Shown here: in pieces, positions 14,053-25,900 of the stretch | Numbering within the stretch: the stretch's first letter is position 1 | Layout of the letters: each line of letters opens with the position of its first letter | Assembly: GCA_030704615.1 (NCBI GenBank) | Contig: CM060732.1 | Coordinates: forward strand, 11,284,001 to 11,348,000 | DNA: 64,000 nucleotides | Direction: 5' to 3' | Origin: Takakia lepidozioides | Taxonomy: Eukaryota; Plantae; Bryophyta | Position numbers and translations under genes: made by a program | Notes under the pieces: model-generated | The model's input: the letters and a program-made list of their open reading frames with translations, nothing else | Database searches by the model: none | Told to the model about the DNA's origin: nothing

Positions 14053-15234
14053 CTAGACTTTTGTGCCTAAACTGAGATTGCCAACATGCCACTCAATGTC
14101 GTCTATGAGCCAAGGAATCCATTCCCAGAGACCAGTCTCTATGTGGTAAACCAATTGTTCCGACGAGTCTAACTGCGTTATGAATATGCGATCACCATGT
14201 CCGAAAGCCGTCCAACCAAACTCATCCACCTCGTTGTCCTCGGGCTCCGGTATTCGTCCAACCTCTTGCCACCCGAGTCCCGAGACCGTCTGTTTCCACA
14301 CACAAAAACTCAGTGCCTCACCAGTATTGTCATCTTCAATAAGCCCAACCAAAAACAGGTGCCCCTTATTCTGTACAAGATTTAAGCCATAACTGGCACT
14401 ATAATTGGGCTTCTGCAAACGAACGCCTCCACCCCACACTCCACGGGACACGACCAATGCCAGCATTGTCCAGGGTGCCTGGCGATCGATCGTGTCGCGG
14501 CCATTCAGTAGGACATACAGATCATCGCCACACATCACATGTGTTAGCTCTGAGGGAGGCACCTCATCTCCCGTATACTCAATCTGCTGCCATGTTGGGA
14601 TCTCAATCCAACAACTCGAGATAGAATCATACAACTGAGTGATATAAACACCTCGAGCACCAATATATTGGCCCACTACAATGAACTTGTAGCTCTTAGT
14701 GGATTTGTCCACCACTAATTTCTGTACCTCTGGAAAAGAGATTGTATGAGAGAGGTCAGGCAGTATTTTGAAGCTGCTTGACAGAGGATTACACACTATG
14801 TACATAGTGTGCAGTCTGTTCTTGTGATGGGCAGAAATTTGGATGACTAGCAGACCTCCATCTGCATCACACAGCATGGTATTGATCCTCCCCTCCTGAA
14901 TGTTCCACTCCTTCGTAGCATGCAGTATCACGTCATTCACAAAATACAAGTCCATCGCCCTAAACGTGTGGCTTGCGGGCTCATAAAGCTCGAGCTCATT
15001 GGTGTCCTGACAAATGTTCATCAGGAAGTATGGCTCTTTCGCCAGAGGGACTTGCTGGAAAAGTTCCAAAAAATGGGGTGTAGACGGCAGCGAGTTCCAG
15101 CGCTTGCACACTACCCTCAAGCGGAAAAGGGTTGCACATGGCAAGCGAGCCAACACCATATCCAGTAAGTCGGAAGGAAGCCTCCTCCACACCATCTGGT
15201 CGAGCTCCACCCTCTCTCCATCTGCAATATCCAT
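14053..15234 (-). CDS. Intronless F-box protein (F-box plus kelch/FBA-like beta-propeller)
   Basis: VWRRLPSDLLDMVLARLP...LFRLRVVCKRWNSL F-box motif, followed by GGLLV, IVCNPL and YDS..W repeats. The first in-frame ATG is at 15234. Confidence 0.88.
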   Translation of the reverse strand: MDIADGERVELDQMVWRRLPSDLLDMVLARLPCATLFRLRVVCKRWNSLPSTPHFLELFQQVPLAKEPYFLMNICQDTNELELYEPASHTFRAMDLYFVNDVILHATKEWNIQEGRINTMLCDADGGLLVIQISAHHKNRLHTMYIVCNPLSSSFKILPDLSHTISFPEVQKLVVDKSTKSYKFIVVGQYIGARGVYITQLYDSISSCWIEIPTWQQIEYTGDEVPPSELTHVMCGDDLYVLLNGRDTIDRQAPWTMLALVVSRGVWGGGVRLQKPNYSASYGLNLVQNKGHLFLVGLIEDDNTGEALSFCVWKQTVSGLGWQEVGRIPEPEDNEVDEFGWTAFGHGDRIFITQLDSSEQLVYHIETGLWEWIPWLIDDIEWHVGNLSLGTKV

Positions 15235-15526
15235 GGCTGCTGCACCTAGACCACCACTACACTCATCAAAGGAATCCAACACGCCCCATGGATATTGTGC
15301 TGGGGGCCTCGAGGCTAGGTTACTTTGAAAGAGGGAGACGACCCAAGTTCGGGTAAGTTAGCGGGCCTTGCCCCGTTGCAAAAAAATTAAAAAAAAAAGA
15401 GTTAGCGTGTTTTGGCGGGAGAATAGGTACTAGGAACTTATACTGTAAGTACTTAATGACAGTACGCTGGTTTCCGGCATGTCAAATCTTTCCCACCCTC
15501 TCTTGAGAGTGACATGGAACTGAATG

Positions 15527-15790
15527 GAGTGTAACTCCAGATGGGGTGACAGTATGTTACATAGGAATGAGTGTAAACTTCACGGGTTACACCAGATTAC
15601 ACGGCGGGGAGTGTAACTCCACTTGGGGTTACACCAGATTACACATTGGCTGGGAGTGTAATTCCACTCGGGGTTACACTTGGTTACATGGAAAGGAGTA
15701 TAACTCTCTGTAACTCACATTTGGTCTTGAAATTTGACTAAGAGGAGTTACACAAGACACAATGTGACACTACACAGGGTTACTCCAACA
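15527..15790. repeat. Palindromic minisatellite, ~40-45 bp unit
   Basis: Units start GAGT(G/A)TAA at 15527, 15569, 15609, 15654 and 15696. Consensus is GAGTGTAACTCCAyTyGGGGTTACACCAGATTACAC. Confidence 0.85.
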
Positions 15791-15939
15791 TTGGATGCAC
15801 ATCGGACCTGACACCTTGTTCTATATGTCTGTAGTCTGTACCAGTTGGACTCGAAATTTCCTCTATGTCATGCTCCTCGACTTCTTCAACTGGACCAACC
15901 ATGTCCCAAATCCACAAATTAACAAACTACACCACAAAC

Positions 15940-16543
15940 ACAAACGCTAATTATCAACCCAAACAAAAGTCAGCCCGTGCTACCACTTTGCCAGGTCTTA
16001 TAATCAACAATCCCGTTTCTTTCTACCCATAGCACTTGGCAACCATTCATACCACAGGTCTTTGGCTTCACTAAACTCCTTTCATATTCTACAGAGATTG
16101 ACAGGAACCAGAAGTTGACTGTGCATTTTGTCCAGAAAGGCTAGAGTGCAACCTGCAAAGAGTTGTAACCAAAGTTTTCAACTCTTCCGCATGAAGTCGC
16201 ACATCAGCCTAGTTACAGGTATATGACAAGATATCTGGGTGTGTAGACAAGTGCCCTCTGAAGAAGCTTGGGAAATGCAAAACTTCAATGTTGTAACAGG
16301 AGCAATTGGTAGACTGGAGTCACTTACACCTAGCTCCCTCCTCACTGCAGATCAGAGGGCCTGCAAGGTCACAGCCGCAAATTTAAGGTCAATTTACATG
16401 TGAAGAAATCTGTACACAAAAGGATGGGCGCTGGAACAGTCCAATGCTTCAACCTTGGCTTATTTCACCCATAGACAGTATATTGTGAATACTGAAAAAC
16501 CCAGTAGCAGTGCAGGAGCTCTAATAACCTGCCACAGCATGAC
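15940..16543 (-). repeat. Right arm of long inverted duplication (partner 12267-13290)
   Basis: Reverse complement aligns by eye to the left arm, with deletions relative to it. Confidence 0.85.
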
Positions 16544-16720
16544 CTCTAGAGGTGGGAGAAAGAGAGAAATGAGAATATGTAGACAATTTGGGAAACGACA
16601 CTCCACAATCATTTATTTCAGTCTGAAAGTTCAATGGAGACCTGGAGGACACATCTAACGTTTCTGAGTCTCTAGCTTTGGGTCCAAAAGACAAGGTCAA
16701 ACTTGTTCAAATTCGACAGC

Positions 16721-17908
16721 TTAGACTAAGCTCAAGGGACCATGCAAGTCACAATTTGTAGGTTTTCGGACAAATGTCCAACTGCTCCAAGAATCTTCGC
16801 AGAGGTTGTAGACCACCACGTTGCCTCCCAGTGCCACAAAAATGCGATGACCCCGTGCTCCACACTTGAAGTTAGAGGTTGAAGTTAGAGGTCTTTATCA
16901 GCTGCTTGGTGCTAGATCCCTGCAAAGTCCTTTGCTCCAGTACGTGTACAAACTACAACTTTGTAGTCTGTAGACCTGGGGATCGCACGGTACCTATGCA
17001 AACACAGCAAAGAGTCTACCCATGCCAACCACAAGCTCAGGAGTAGTTACACAGCTTGGAAGAGGGTAGAAGACATCCTCCATCAATTGTCGTTTCTCAA
17101 CGTCGTACGCCCTCACAACCTTGGTGACATTCGGGTTGAAACCTGAGTAAAAACGAGCATCCTGTGTCAAGCAGTAGATGATGTCCTTGAGTTGGACACG
17201 GGTGGGGTAAACTCTACGCACCGTGGCAGGTAAGGGTGCAGTCATAGTCCATGCTTTAGTAGCCGAATCGTATTCCCATAGTTTCCATCCTATCGTGTGT
17301 TGGTCGAATGTGCCCAATACTTCAAATATTTTGTAAGCTTAACGTCCCGGTACATTAGTATTCCTCACAAGATGTAGATGCGACATCACGGATATTTCCT
17401 CGATGGTGCAGTGGTTGGTGATAATAGGAGGAGAGAGCCGGACCCAATCCTTGGTCAAAGGGTTACAAACCAGCAGGCTGTGATGATGCACGTCAGAGTG
17501 ATCAAGGTGCATCACGTCATGATGAGGCTCCCTCATGAAGAAAACTCCACCAGCTGCAGAGAGAAGAGTTACTCGCTCCACGGTTACGTCTGTAGGAATA
17601 AACGTTAGAGGCGGCATCCTGTGAAATTTCCCTGACCCATTTACCTCACTGTATGCAAAGTAGGGCTTGGTCAGGACGTTCTTTGCAGATTCAAAATAGG
17701 TGGAAAAGAACCAATCTCCCAATGAGAGCTCTTGTTCTCTTGACCGGAGGTTTAGGAGAAACGGAGAAAATACATTCTCATGGTTCCACTCTTTACACAC
17801 TGCCTGACTCCTGAAAAGAGCTGCAACGGGAAGCTTGCTCTGCACAATATCCCTCACATCATGTGGAAGTGAAATCCAGACGGGTGTCTCACTTGTCGGG
17901 TCTCCCAT
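16721..17908 (-). pseudogene. F-box/kelch-like pseudogene
   Basis: F-box motif VWISLPHDVRDIVQSKLP...VCKEW and LLVCNPLTKDW. ORFs 17339..17908 and 16994..17317 are in the same frame, separated by TAA. A further TAG, TGA-TAA and a 13-bp duplication (ACCTCTAACTTCA x2) precede GHRIFV...VVYNL..W. Confidence 0.85.
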
Positions 17909-18042
17909 GGATGTGCCTTCAGATGGCCCTCCCTTCCCAGCCTCGATAGATGTAATTCCACTGTCTTTGTTCGAGTTAGGGTCGTTCTTCCTCGTTTATG
18001 ACCTCCTACAAGAATAGATTTAACAATTTTAGGTCCTTGCAA

Positions 18043-20720
18043 TGTTACGAACCTAGATGTGCTGTAGAAAGATGATCACAATAGGGCTATAACCTTCTCA
18101 GAGGACTGAGATCATGGATAGTGCAATTGTCTACTTTTCCAAGAACCATCACATGTCATTAGTCAAGAGATAGTTTATTGAGCCTCAAGGAACATGACAA
18201 CAATGTCACTTGAGGTGGAAATAAGTAGGTACTGATCACGACAATCTACTAAAGGTGAATATTTAAATTGATCATGTGCATGCATGTGAGAGAGGAGTAC
18301 TCTGAGAGGCCAAACCTGGAGTAGACGTTGATTAAAATCACTCTCTAGAGGAGAATGTCCAAGATGACTTCAGAGAACGTTATTGCCTGCAGCCAAGAGT
18401 ACTTGAATCTAGAAGTCCAGGATGAACTCTAGAAACCTATAGATCAGGACTAGAAGCTGCTGGTCGTCTACTTGAGCATTATATACAATTCTGAGAACTT
18501 GTAGGAAGCTGCAATATATATTTCTCTCAGTAAGATCAAAAGAGACCTGAAATTTCTCTAACAAATGTGGTTAGGATTTAAGATCTAGTAAGCGCACAAC
18601 CCCCTCCCCCCTCAAAACTAAAACAGACTGTGGCACTAGGAGGGAGAGCATGGCAGAACCCCTAGCTTTTATACAAATCTACCCTCGAGGAAATCTGTCT
18701 CCCCGAGGCCTCGTATCTATATCTGCTCCCCAGATCTATCTCCCCGAGCTTCCTACTACATAAATCTGTCTCGGGAGGAGGCTCCACTTGAGTACTTACG
18801 CTAACTTCGGTTTGCGTCTTCTCACTCTAGATCTGTCTACCCGAGCTTCATAGATAGATCTGTCTGCCCGAGATCGACGCCGCGATGAACACGCCTTGAA
18901 TATCGCCATATTGTCCTTATTTTCATTATCACTATCAATTTTATTAAAAGTATTTGTTTCATTAGAGTATTTTAGCTTTTGTGTGTACAATACAATATAC
19001 GTAGCGAAGACATTTGAGATTTGAGCATCATCCAGACCATCTAGACGTCATCTAGATGTCATCCATCCATAATCCAGGAAAGGAAGGCTGGTTTACCCCT
19101 CCTTATTCCCCCGGCCTTTGTTCGTAAAGACAACCAGGTGGGGCGGAAGGGAAGAAGAGGCGCGAAGCGAAAAAAAATATCTATTGGCTGCTGTATCCCC
19201 AAATTTTTTTTTTTCTGGCGCGTACTGGGTCCAGCCTCCCCCCACAACGTCTCTCCTTGTGTGTCGAAGATCTAAAGCGAGTGCACCGAGAAGTAACCCT
19301 GGATGAAATCAGATGGATGATCTGCTCTGGAGAGTTGCGTGCTTTGAGACAAGACGGTGTCAAGACTGCGCTGGCCAGCCATGTTGCGCTCGAGGCAGAG
19401 TGGTTTGTCATCTACTTAGACTCAGATCATTGATCATAGTTCAAAACATTTCTCGGATACCTTGAGTTGTTATCCACATTTTTTTCAGTTCAACGTTTTT
19501 CGCAAATGGAGATCGACAAGCAGAGGTGAGATAGATATAGTGTCACTTCCCTTGAGCAGCTTCAAAGCGTAGCTTCCAAAAGGCAGATGATCACCATGAC
19601 ATTAACCGCAGCTTGATCGACTTCAATACCCGTTGAAAAGGTAAAGGCCAGCCCCGACTATGTGAACATGTGAGTGGGCCATGTTGGCGCTACATTTGGC
19701 AAGTGACCAAGGTTCAGCTCATATCATCCTTCCCTTCCTTGCCTCTGTGCATTTTGTGCAGGTCATACTATTGGAGAGCATTTGCAACGACCAATCGGTG
19801 ATCAGCACCAACATTCAACTGAAGATTCAGCAACTATGGTGATGTGTGAGTTGCTGCAGAGAGTGTTGCTCCTCCCACTGTGGTTAAGATGTAAAGTAGC
19901 CAGAAGAACAGGAAGTGGGTAACACACCACTTTTTGCACTCGATTCCACCCACTGCAAAGATTGTGGACCCGGCCTCCATACAAGCTTCTGGTGTCGGGA
20001 TGCCTGCTTCAATCTGCAGGGCCTCTGCCTTTTGATAGCCACTTGCTTGGAAGTGGCAGACATGGGCACATGCTTGGGACTTCATTGACTGTCACAATTT
20101 TTTCGGTCATACGCAGATGGGAGTGTGCGTTTAAAGATCCAAAGCTGCATATAGTGCATATCAAAGTGCAAGGGTTGTCCATGAACAGACTTGTACTTAT
20201 TATGACAATAACCCCAACCACATGTAGAGCTCTGTTACCACACACACTCAGCTGCTGTTCTTTGGAATGTCCCTCTCTGCATGCGCAGCCGCTCATCCTT
20301 TTGCAGGGGATACCCTTTGCTTGTAGGTTTTTGAGAAGAATTGTATTGCAGGCCTAGTCACATCTTGTTTCCTTTGGTGCTTCCTTTGGTATCTTTACTT
20401 TCCAATGTTGTCAAGATCTTTCAACTCAGTTAAGGGTGGTGTTTACAGTAGGTGAGTCTTGTGAGTATTAGTTCCGGACAACCCATAATGTGTCGTCAAC
20501 TTGTTTGTGTAATCACTTGGGTAAAGAGAAATGAAATGAAATGGTGCTTTATAACGTGAGAGTGGTTCATGAGAGTGATTCGCAAGAGGATGGATGCTTG
20601 GATGGCGGGCAGATGGTGGGGTGGTTGCATGGGAAGCAGGTGATATTTTTGGAGACCATCTGTAATGACCAAGCTGTATTGTCCATGACTAGAAACCTCC
20701 ATATGCAGCACACATATACA
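18043..20720 (-). mobile_element. Degenerate Ty3/gypsy LTR retrotransposon 3' part (integrase remnant, PPT, candidate 3' LTR)
   Basis: Minus-strand broken frames LVITDGLQKYHLLP, HIMGCPELILT, GYPLQKDERLR, FAVG and a GP..VHIVG..Y.L-like segment lie in integrase order. PPT GAGGGGGGAGGGGG (18613-18600) is followed by TG at 18598, and the LTR-like segment ends ...GTAACA at 18043. No 5' LTR or clean TSD was seen. Confidence 0.55.
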
Positions 20721-21490
20721 TGGGCTCCTTCATTCATCTTCATTTCCACGCCTAGATTGACCTGCTGGTCGCATGGTTGACATACAAACCCTTTATAAAT
20801 ATAGTCTCGTTTGTAAGATGAGAGTATCATGAGAACTGTCTGGAAAGAGCCTGTACATATGTATATATATCTTCATATGGACTCTTATATATGCAGAAGA
20901 ATAGAGAGAGCGTTTTGAATCGCTGTAGAACTGCTTCAAAGAACCAATCCCCTACCTCACATGTGGCTTTCCTCATAGCTACAGTTTTGACTTCTGTATA
21001 GACTCAATGGAGGTTTCTATTCTACTCTACTTGTGGAAAGCAGGAAAGACCTCATGGTGGAAGTTTGCTTGCAAATGATGACAATTTCCTGAAGCAACCG
21101 ATGCAACAACCCCACCTTCTCCACACAAGCCAGATTTGTGTCTTGTAAGACAATCACTCCAAATTAATCACATCTTTCATGGAATAATCAGATAGTGGAA
21201 ATAAAAGTTTCTATCATGCTATGGATCAATGCAATTAGAGCGTGCTCTTGATTGTTTGGTGATTAATGAATGGAACAGAAACTTGTGATTGAGCATTGTT
21301 TAAGTACATAGATCATCAAGCATGTTCCTTGATGTTTGTACGGAGGATCTCCTGTCAAACGGCTGGATAGTGAACCCTACATGAGAGGCGAAAAGAACAG
21401 ACATTAAAGCCCACATCTTCAAGTGAGCTCAGGACGAATGCATCTCCTTCCTCCCACACTAAATGATAGTCATCATGTACACTTTAAAAC

Positions 21491-24400
21491 CTATGGAGAT
21501 GAACTCCTCTTCAAATCTTTCAACCTTTGGGAAACACAAGCTGCACAACTCTGTATAAGGACACGCTCGCTTACTCTTAAACCAAGTGCATGAAAGAACT
21601 TTGGTTGTCCCTCACAGCTGATTCTTTGCAGCATCGCTTTGTCATCCTCCGGAGAAGAGCTTGTTGCTAAACCCCCAGTAACTTTCAACCCCAGAGGCTC
21701 TACAGTGGAGCCTATGGCCAAATAAAGACTATCTCGTTCGCGCAATATTGCAATCAGGCTTTCACAAACTGGTTTAGTAAGAAGCCACCTATCAAGGTCA
21801 CTGATCCAGGTGCCACTGTCCTCCCTGAAGGCATCAGGAAACTCTGCTCGTGACAGATTATCTGCTGCTACTTCAACAGGCTCAGGAATACTTTGCCTCC
21901 GTCTCTTGCGACTAATGCCAGAAGTATACTCTGTTTTGTAATCTGTACGCCTGGGGACCTGGCTGTCTCTGCTCCAGCCCAAAGCTCTTGCTATTTTCTC
22001 AACTTCACCCCTATCCTCTGTCTTATACCCACCGTCCTCCATATCAAGACACAAGCAAGCTTCGTCGGAGAGATGTATCATATAGAGGAGCATCAAAAGC
22101 TCTGTCTGTGGCTTACCACCCACTGCAATCTCAAAGTACTCACTGCCCTGGGAGTTACAGGGTGTACAGCCTGCTTTTCTCCAAATACTAATTCGTCTTC
22201 GGATATGGCGGTGAGTAAAACCAGTCTTAAAGCAAACACTTCTCACTCTGTCCAACTCCACATTCACTATGTCAAAGGGGTTGTTGGATTCCGTAAACCC
22301 ATATCGGTGTAGCAAGGCAGCATTGCTAAGGGCCCCATAGGTATTGAAAATCTGCAGGAGCAGCAGTATTCACAATGGAGGGAGAAAGATCTCAAAAGCT
22401 GTCATTATGCTTGTTCAAACCAGGAACATCTCGTTAGACCAAAAAATTATGACAAGTTCAAACACCATCGGAAATATCCTTGTAGGTATCAAGATATCTC
22501 CATAATTCGAATTAAAGGTAGCCATAAAAGATCTGACCTGCGGTTCATACACCATTGGAAATGTACAATGACTGATAATCAACAGCTTACCTCTGAGCCC
22601 TTGGCAACTTCCCTCACAAGAATCATCTCAAGTACACTGCTGTTCCCCTCCCAGTCCGATGGCGATCCTGCTGTCATCTCGCCTCCATCATGTAATGGAC
22701 CCTTGACATCCTCGGTCTCTGGACGACCAACATTAAGAATTCCAATTACAGTGAATAACAAGCGCAACCTTTACCGAGTCTACATGAATGGTCGCAGAAA
22801 TTTCCTTAAAAGCGTTCAGGGGTGAGAAAGACCCCAATAGGCACACCTGCACCCTAACTTGCACTGTGGCTGCCTCAAAGAGAAATCTACTTGACAGTAC
22901 ATGCTTATTTGAGCTCACACCCCTTTTATGCTGGAGCCAAGAACTGAACTAGATGGAGCATTGCAATAGACATACCTCTTATAGATTCGTGCATACTCTC
23001 ACCATTCATGCTTACTTTTTCATCCAGCACTTCCTCACAAACATTCCCTTGTCTTTCCTGGCGGTGTCCCACAAATGCATTGCTGGTGGTGCACGGTGAA
23101 TGCAAGTCGTCAGTCTGATCTGAGTCTGAGTCTCCATATACTGAAGTAAAATGTACATCTTCGGCAGCAGTCTTGTGATTAAACCTGAATGTTCCCCAAA
23201 ACAGCCAGGTCATCAAGCATGCCCCAAAACATGTCGAATGGTCAATTAAACACACCAACCTTCTAACCAACCCAGAAAAAGTAAATTTTAGGTTTCCGAG
23301 TTTAACCCGATGGTGTTGCAGAATGCAGTTCAATAAAACAATAGGCAGGATCCCTTGCAGGTTCAGGGCGTACAGGTCAGCCAATGGAACCATGCCAAAG
23401 CCATGATGCTCATCGACCTCAAATGCCCGCGAATCTACCAATGTCTTGGCTGCCAGATAATGGTCCAGCGTGAACCATTCTGCTGGAAATTTGTTACCAT
23501 GGAGCTCACTAAGAATAGCATAGCACTCATGCCAGTCCTGCTGAATGAGCCGCCTATCTTCTTTTATCACCTGCCTAGAAATATCCAAACCCAAAGACAT
23601 AGGAGCACTCATCATCAGAATAACATGCATAGTAAGATCATATTTGCAGATGTGTCGACTGCTAATGACTGGATAAACTGTAAACTGTCAGTTGCAATTC
23701 TATTCAAAACACCACTACTTCACAAACTAACTGTCGTCAAAACCTTCATGTCCAAAAATATGTTGCAAGTGAAAAAGAATAACCTCAGGAGTCAGTGCAG
23801 CCATCCTGCAGTTAACCAGGATCCAAAAGCAGTTCAATTGTCACTTGACATCCTAGATAAATTCGAGAATTCGGACAGAAGGAGTTTGGTAGCTGGGAGG
23901 TCAATCAATCAAGCCACCAACAAGCTTTGAACACGCTGACCACAAATCCCACCTCGTGAAGCTCTGTTCCACCAAGCAGGTCGTCAACCTCGGCCGGACT
24001 CCACACAATGGGAAGCATTTGTTGGAAGGGAAGAAGCTGCAGATATGCATACCACCTAGAAAGTCCCCCCTGACTGCGTTCGTACATCAGTGCCACTGCT
24101 AACCCTAGCCCTCCCCCTAACTCAGCTTTCTCAATCACATCTGTTGCCATCGTTGTCTTCACAGTGAGGCAGGACTGCTTGGGAATGGTGGCGATGACGT
24201 CCCCTTCTTGGAGGTCACACAGGGCTTTGACACCAATGTCTGCTACAGTACTGCCCACGTTGAAGGCAAGGGCGTCAGTGTACTCAATGTCATTCTCTCG
24301 CATCCATCGAACGAACGCCCGCAGCTTCCTGCACCATCCTCCCCATATCACTCTCTAACATGCAAAAGAACAGTCCGCGTCTCTCCCCCCTCCCTCCCTC

Positions 24401-24729
24401 CCTCCTTGTCCTGCACATGGGTTACGTCTCTAAAACACAACCACCTCACCCAAAGCTGCCGTCATTTTCCTACGACATAATCGCCACAAAAAAAGGAGAC
24501 AACGATCGTACCAACCCGATAAGATATTGGAAGAAACAACTGCAGGCACACCCCACACACATGACAGAGGACACGATAGACCAAGAGCTTGACGCCCGGA
24601 CTCCAACAAAGCGATTTCAGAGGGCTGTAGACGAAGAGTGAGAAAGAACATAGAGTTCAAATCGAGACGCAAACTAGAGTACCTTGAGGAAGCCGAGGCC
24701 GACGAAGGAAGAGAACCCCCGCGGATCAT
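21491..24729 (-). CDS. SET-domain N-lysine methyltransferase, SETD6/Rubisco-LSMT-like (exons 24729-24683, 24328-23953, 23570-23374, 23184-22976, 22718-22591, 22351-21491)
   Basis: RKLRAFVRWM...EGDVIATIPKQSCL...SRWYAYLQLLP...VDSRAFEVDEHHGFGMVPLADL|FNHK...GSE|IFNTYGALSNAALLHRYGF. GT-AG phases are consistent. Confidence 0.9.
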
Positions 24730-24789
24730 AGTGCCGCCTCCAACAGCAGCTGCCGTCGCTGCTTTGCTCCTCAGTGCAAGATTATGACG

Positions 24790-24790
<1 letters not shown>

Positions 24791-24835
<45 letters not shown>

Positions 24836-24853
24836 AGGGAGGGAGGGAGGGAG
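24791..24853 (+). repeat. (GA)n/(GGGA)n microsatellite in the 5' region of the SET gene
   Basis: Seen directly in the sequence. Confidence 0.95.
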
Positions 24854-25900
24854 GAAAGGCAGGGATGCATGAGCCCCACCATTCGTAACATTGCATGGCA
24901 CTCTGTGCTTTACTCTGAAAACCCAATTGCATGGAACCTTCAAATCTCCCTCACACACACAATTGCGAAAACTGAAACTGGGAACATAGCTGCACTATTT
25001 TCCTTACTGTGATATGTGGTAATGTTTCTAGTTTCTACATAAGGAAATCTCACTCTGTGCCTTGCTCACATGAGTGATGATCTTTGGAATGGAGGTCCTA
25101 AGATATATATGAATGATGTAGAATTCTCTACATTTGATACTTGGTGATATCTTGCAGGCACTGTCCACATGATTATCAATAGAGCCCGCCTGCCATTCTG
25201 TCAAGAGGAAGAGACTCCTAGGTATTTATTTACACTCCAATGGGCTTCATCTGTCTCTTTAGATGGTTATTCAGAGCCTACATTGTTTGTAAACTTTGTG
25301 CTTTGCTCAAGTTAGGTGTTTGCAAGAGTTTCTAGCTTTGCACTTGCTTTGCACTTAGTTGGACTGTGCAGAGGTGGCGAGTTCTCATGGTCATATTGCA
25401 CGACCGCTGACCATTGCTGATCAGGATGGTATTCAATGGCTAGCAATTAATATAGGTCAACACTCACAAGGTCTGACCTCAAACCCTCAAAAGATATAAC
25501 AGGCCTGCCTCTTCTGTAATTTCATACAGTGCTAACTTAGTGATTACCAACAACAAAACTGATAGATTTGGTAGTCACTGCACTTTGCTCTGGTCTCCCA
25601 CATCACACTTATACAGTTTCCCTTTCAGTCCTTTATTGCTATAGAACTGGAGGTAACAAGAGGTCAAACAAAAGAGGTGATCATGGGCTTTTTACTGTTA
25701 ACTAGGTTGAATGTGTTTTTTAGATGGTGGAAGAAGTCATGTCTTTTGTCATATATTGCACAATACCCCCATTTTATCTTCAACCCTTGCATGTATAGTA
25801 GCTGGAGAGAGAGGGAGAGAGAGAGATGGTAGTATGGAAGGGGCATGGCTTCACCCCAACCAATGACCATTAACACCGTAGTGAAAGTGAAGAGTATGAT

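Noticed and set aside
15527-15790. CRISPR array
   Set aside because: Eukaryotic context, no cas genes, degenerate repeats, and linkers of only ~5-12 nt.
16994-17341. In-frame TAA/TAG repaired by U-to-C editing or readthrough
   Set aside because: U-to-C editing is known only for organellar transcripts. Additional TGA-TAA stops and a 13-bp duplication indicate ordinary decay.
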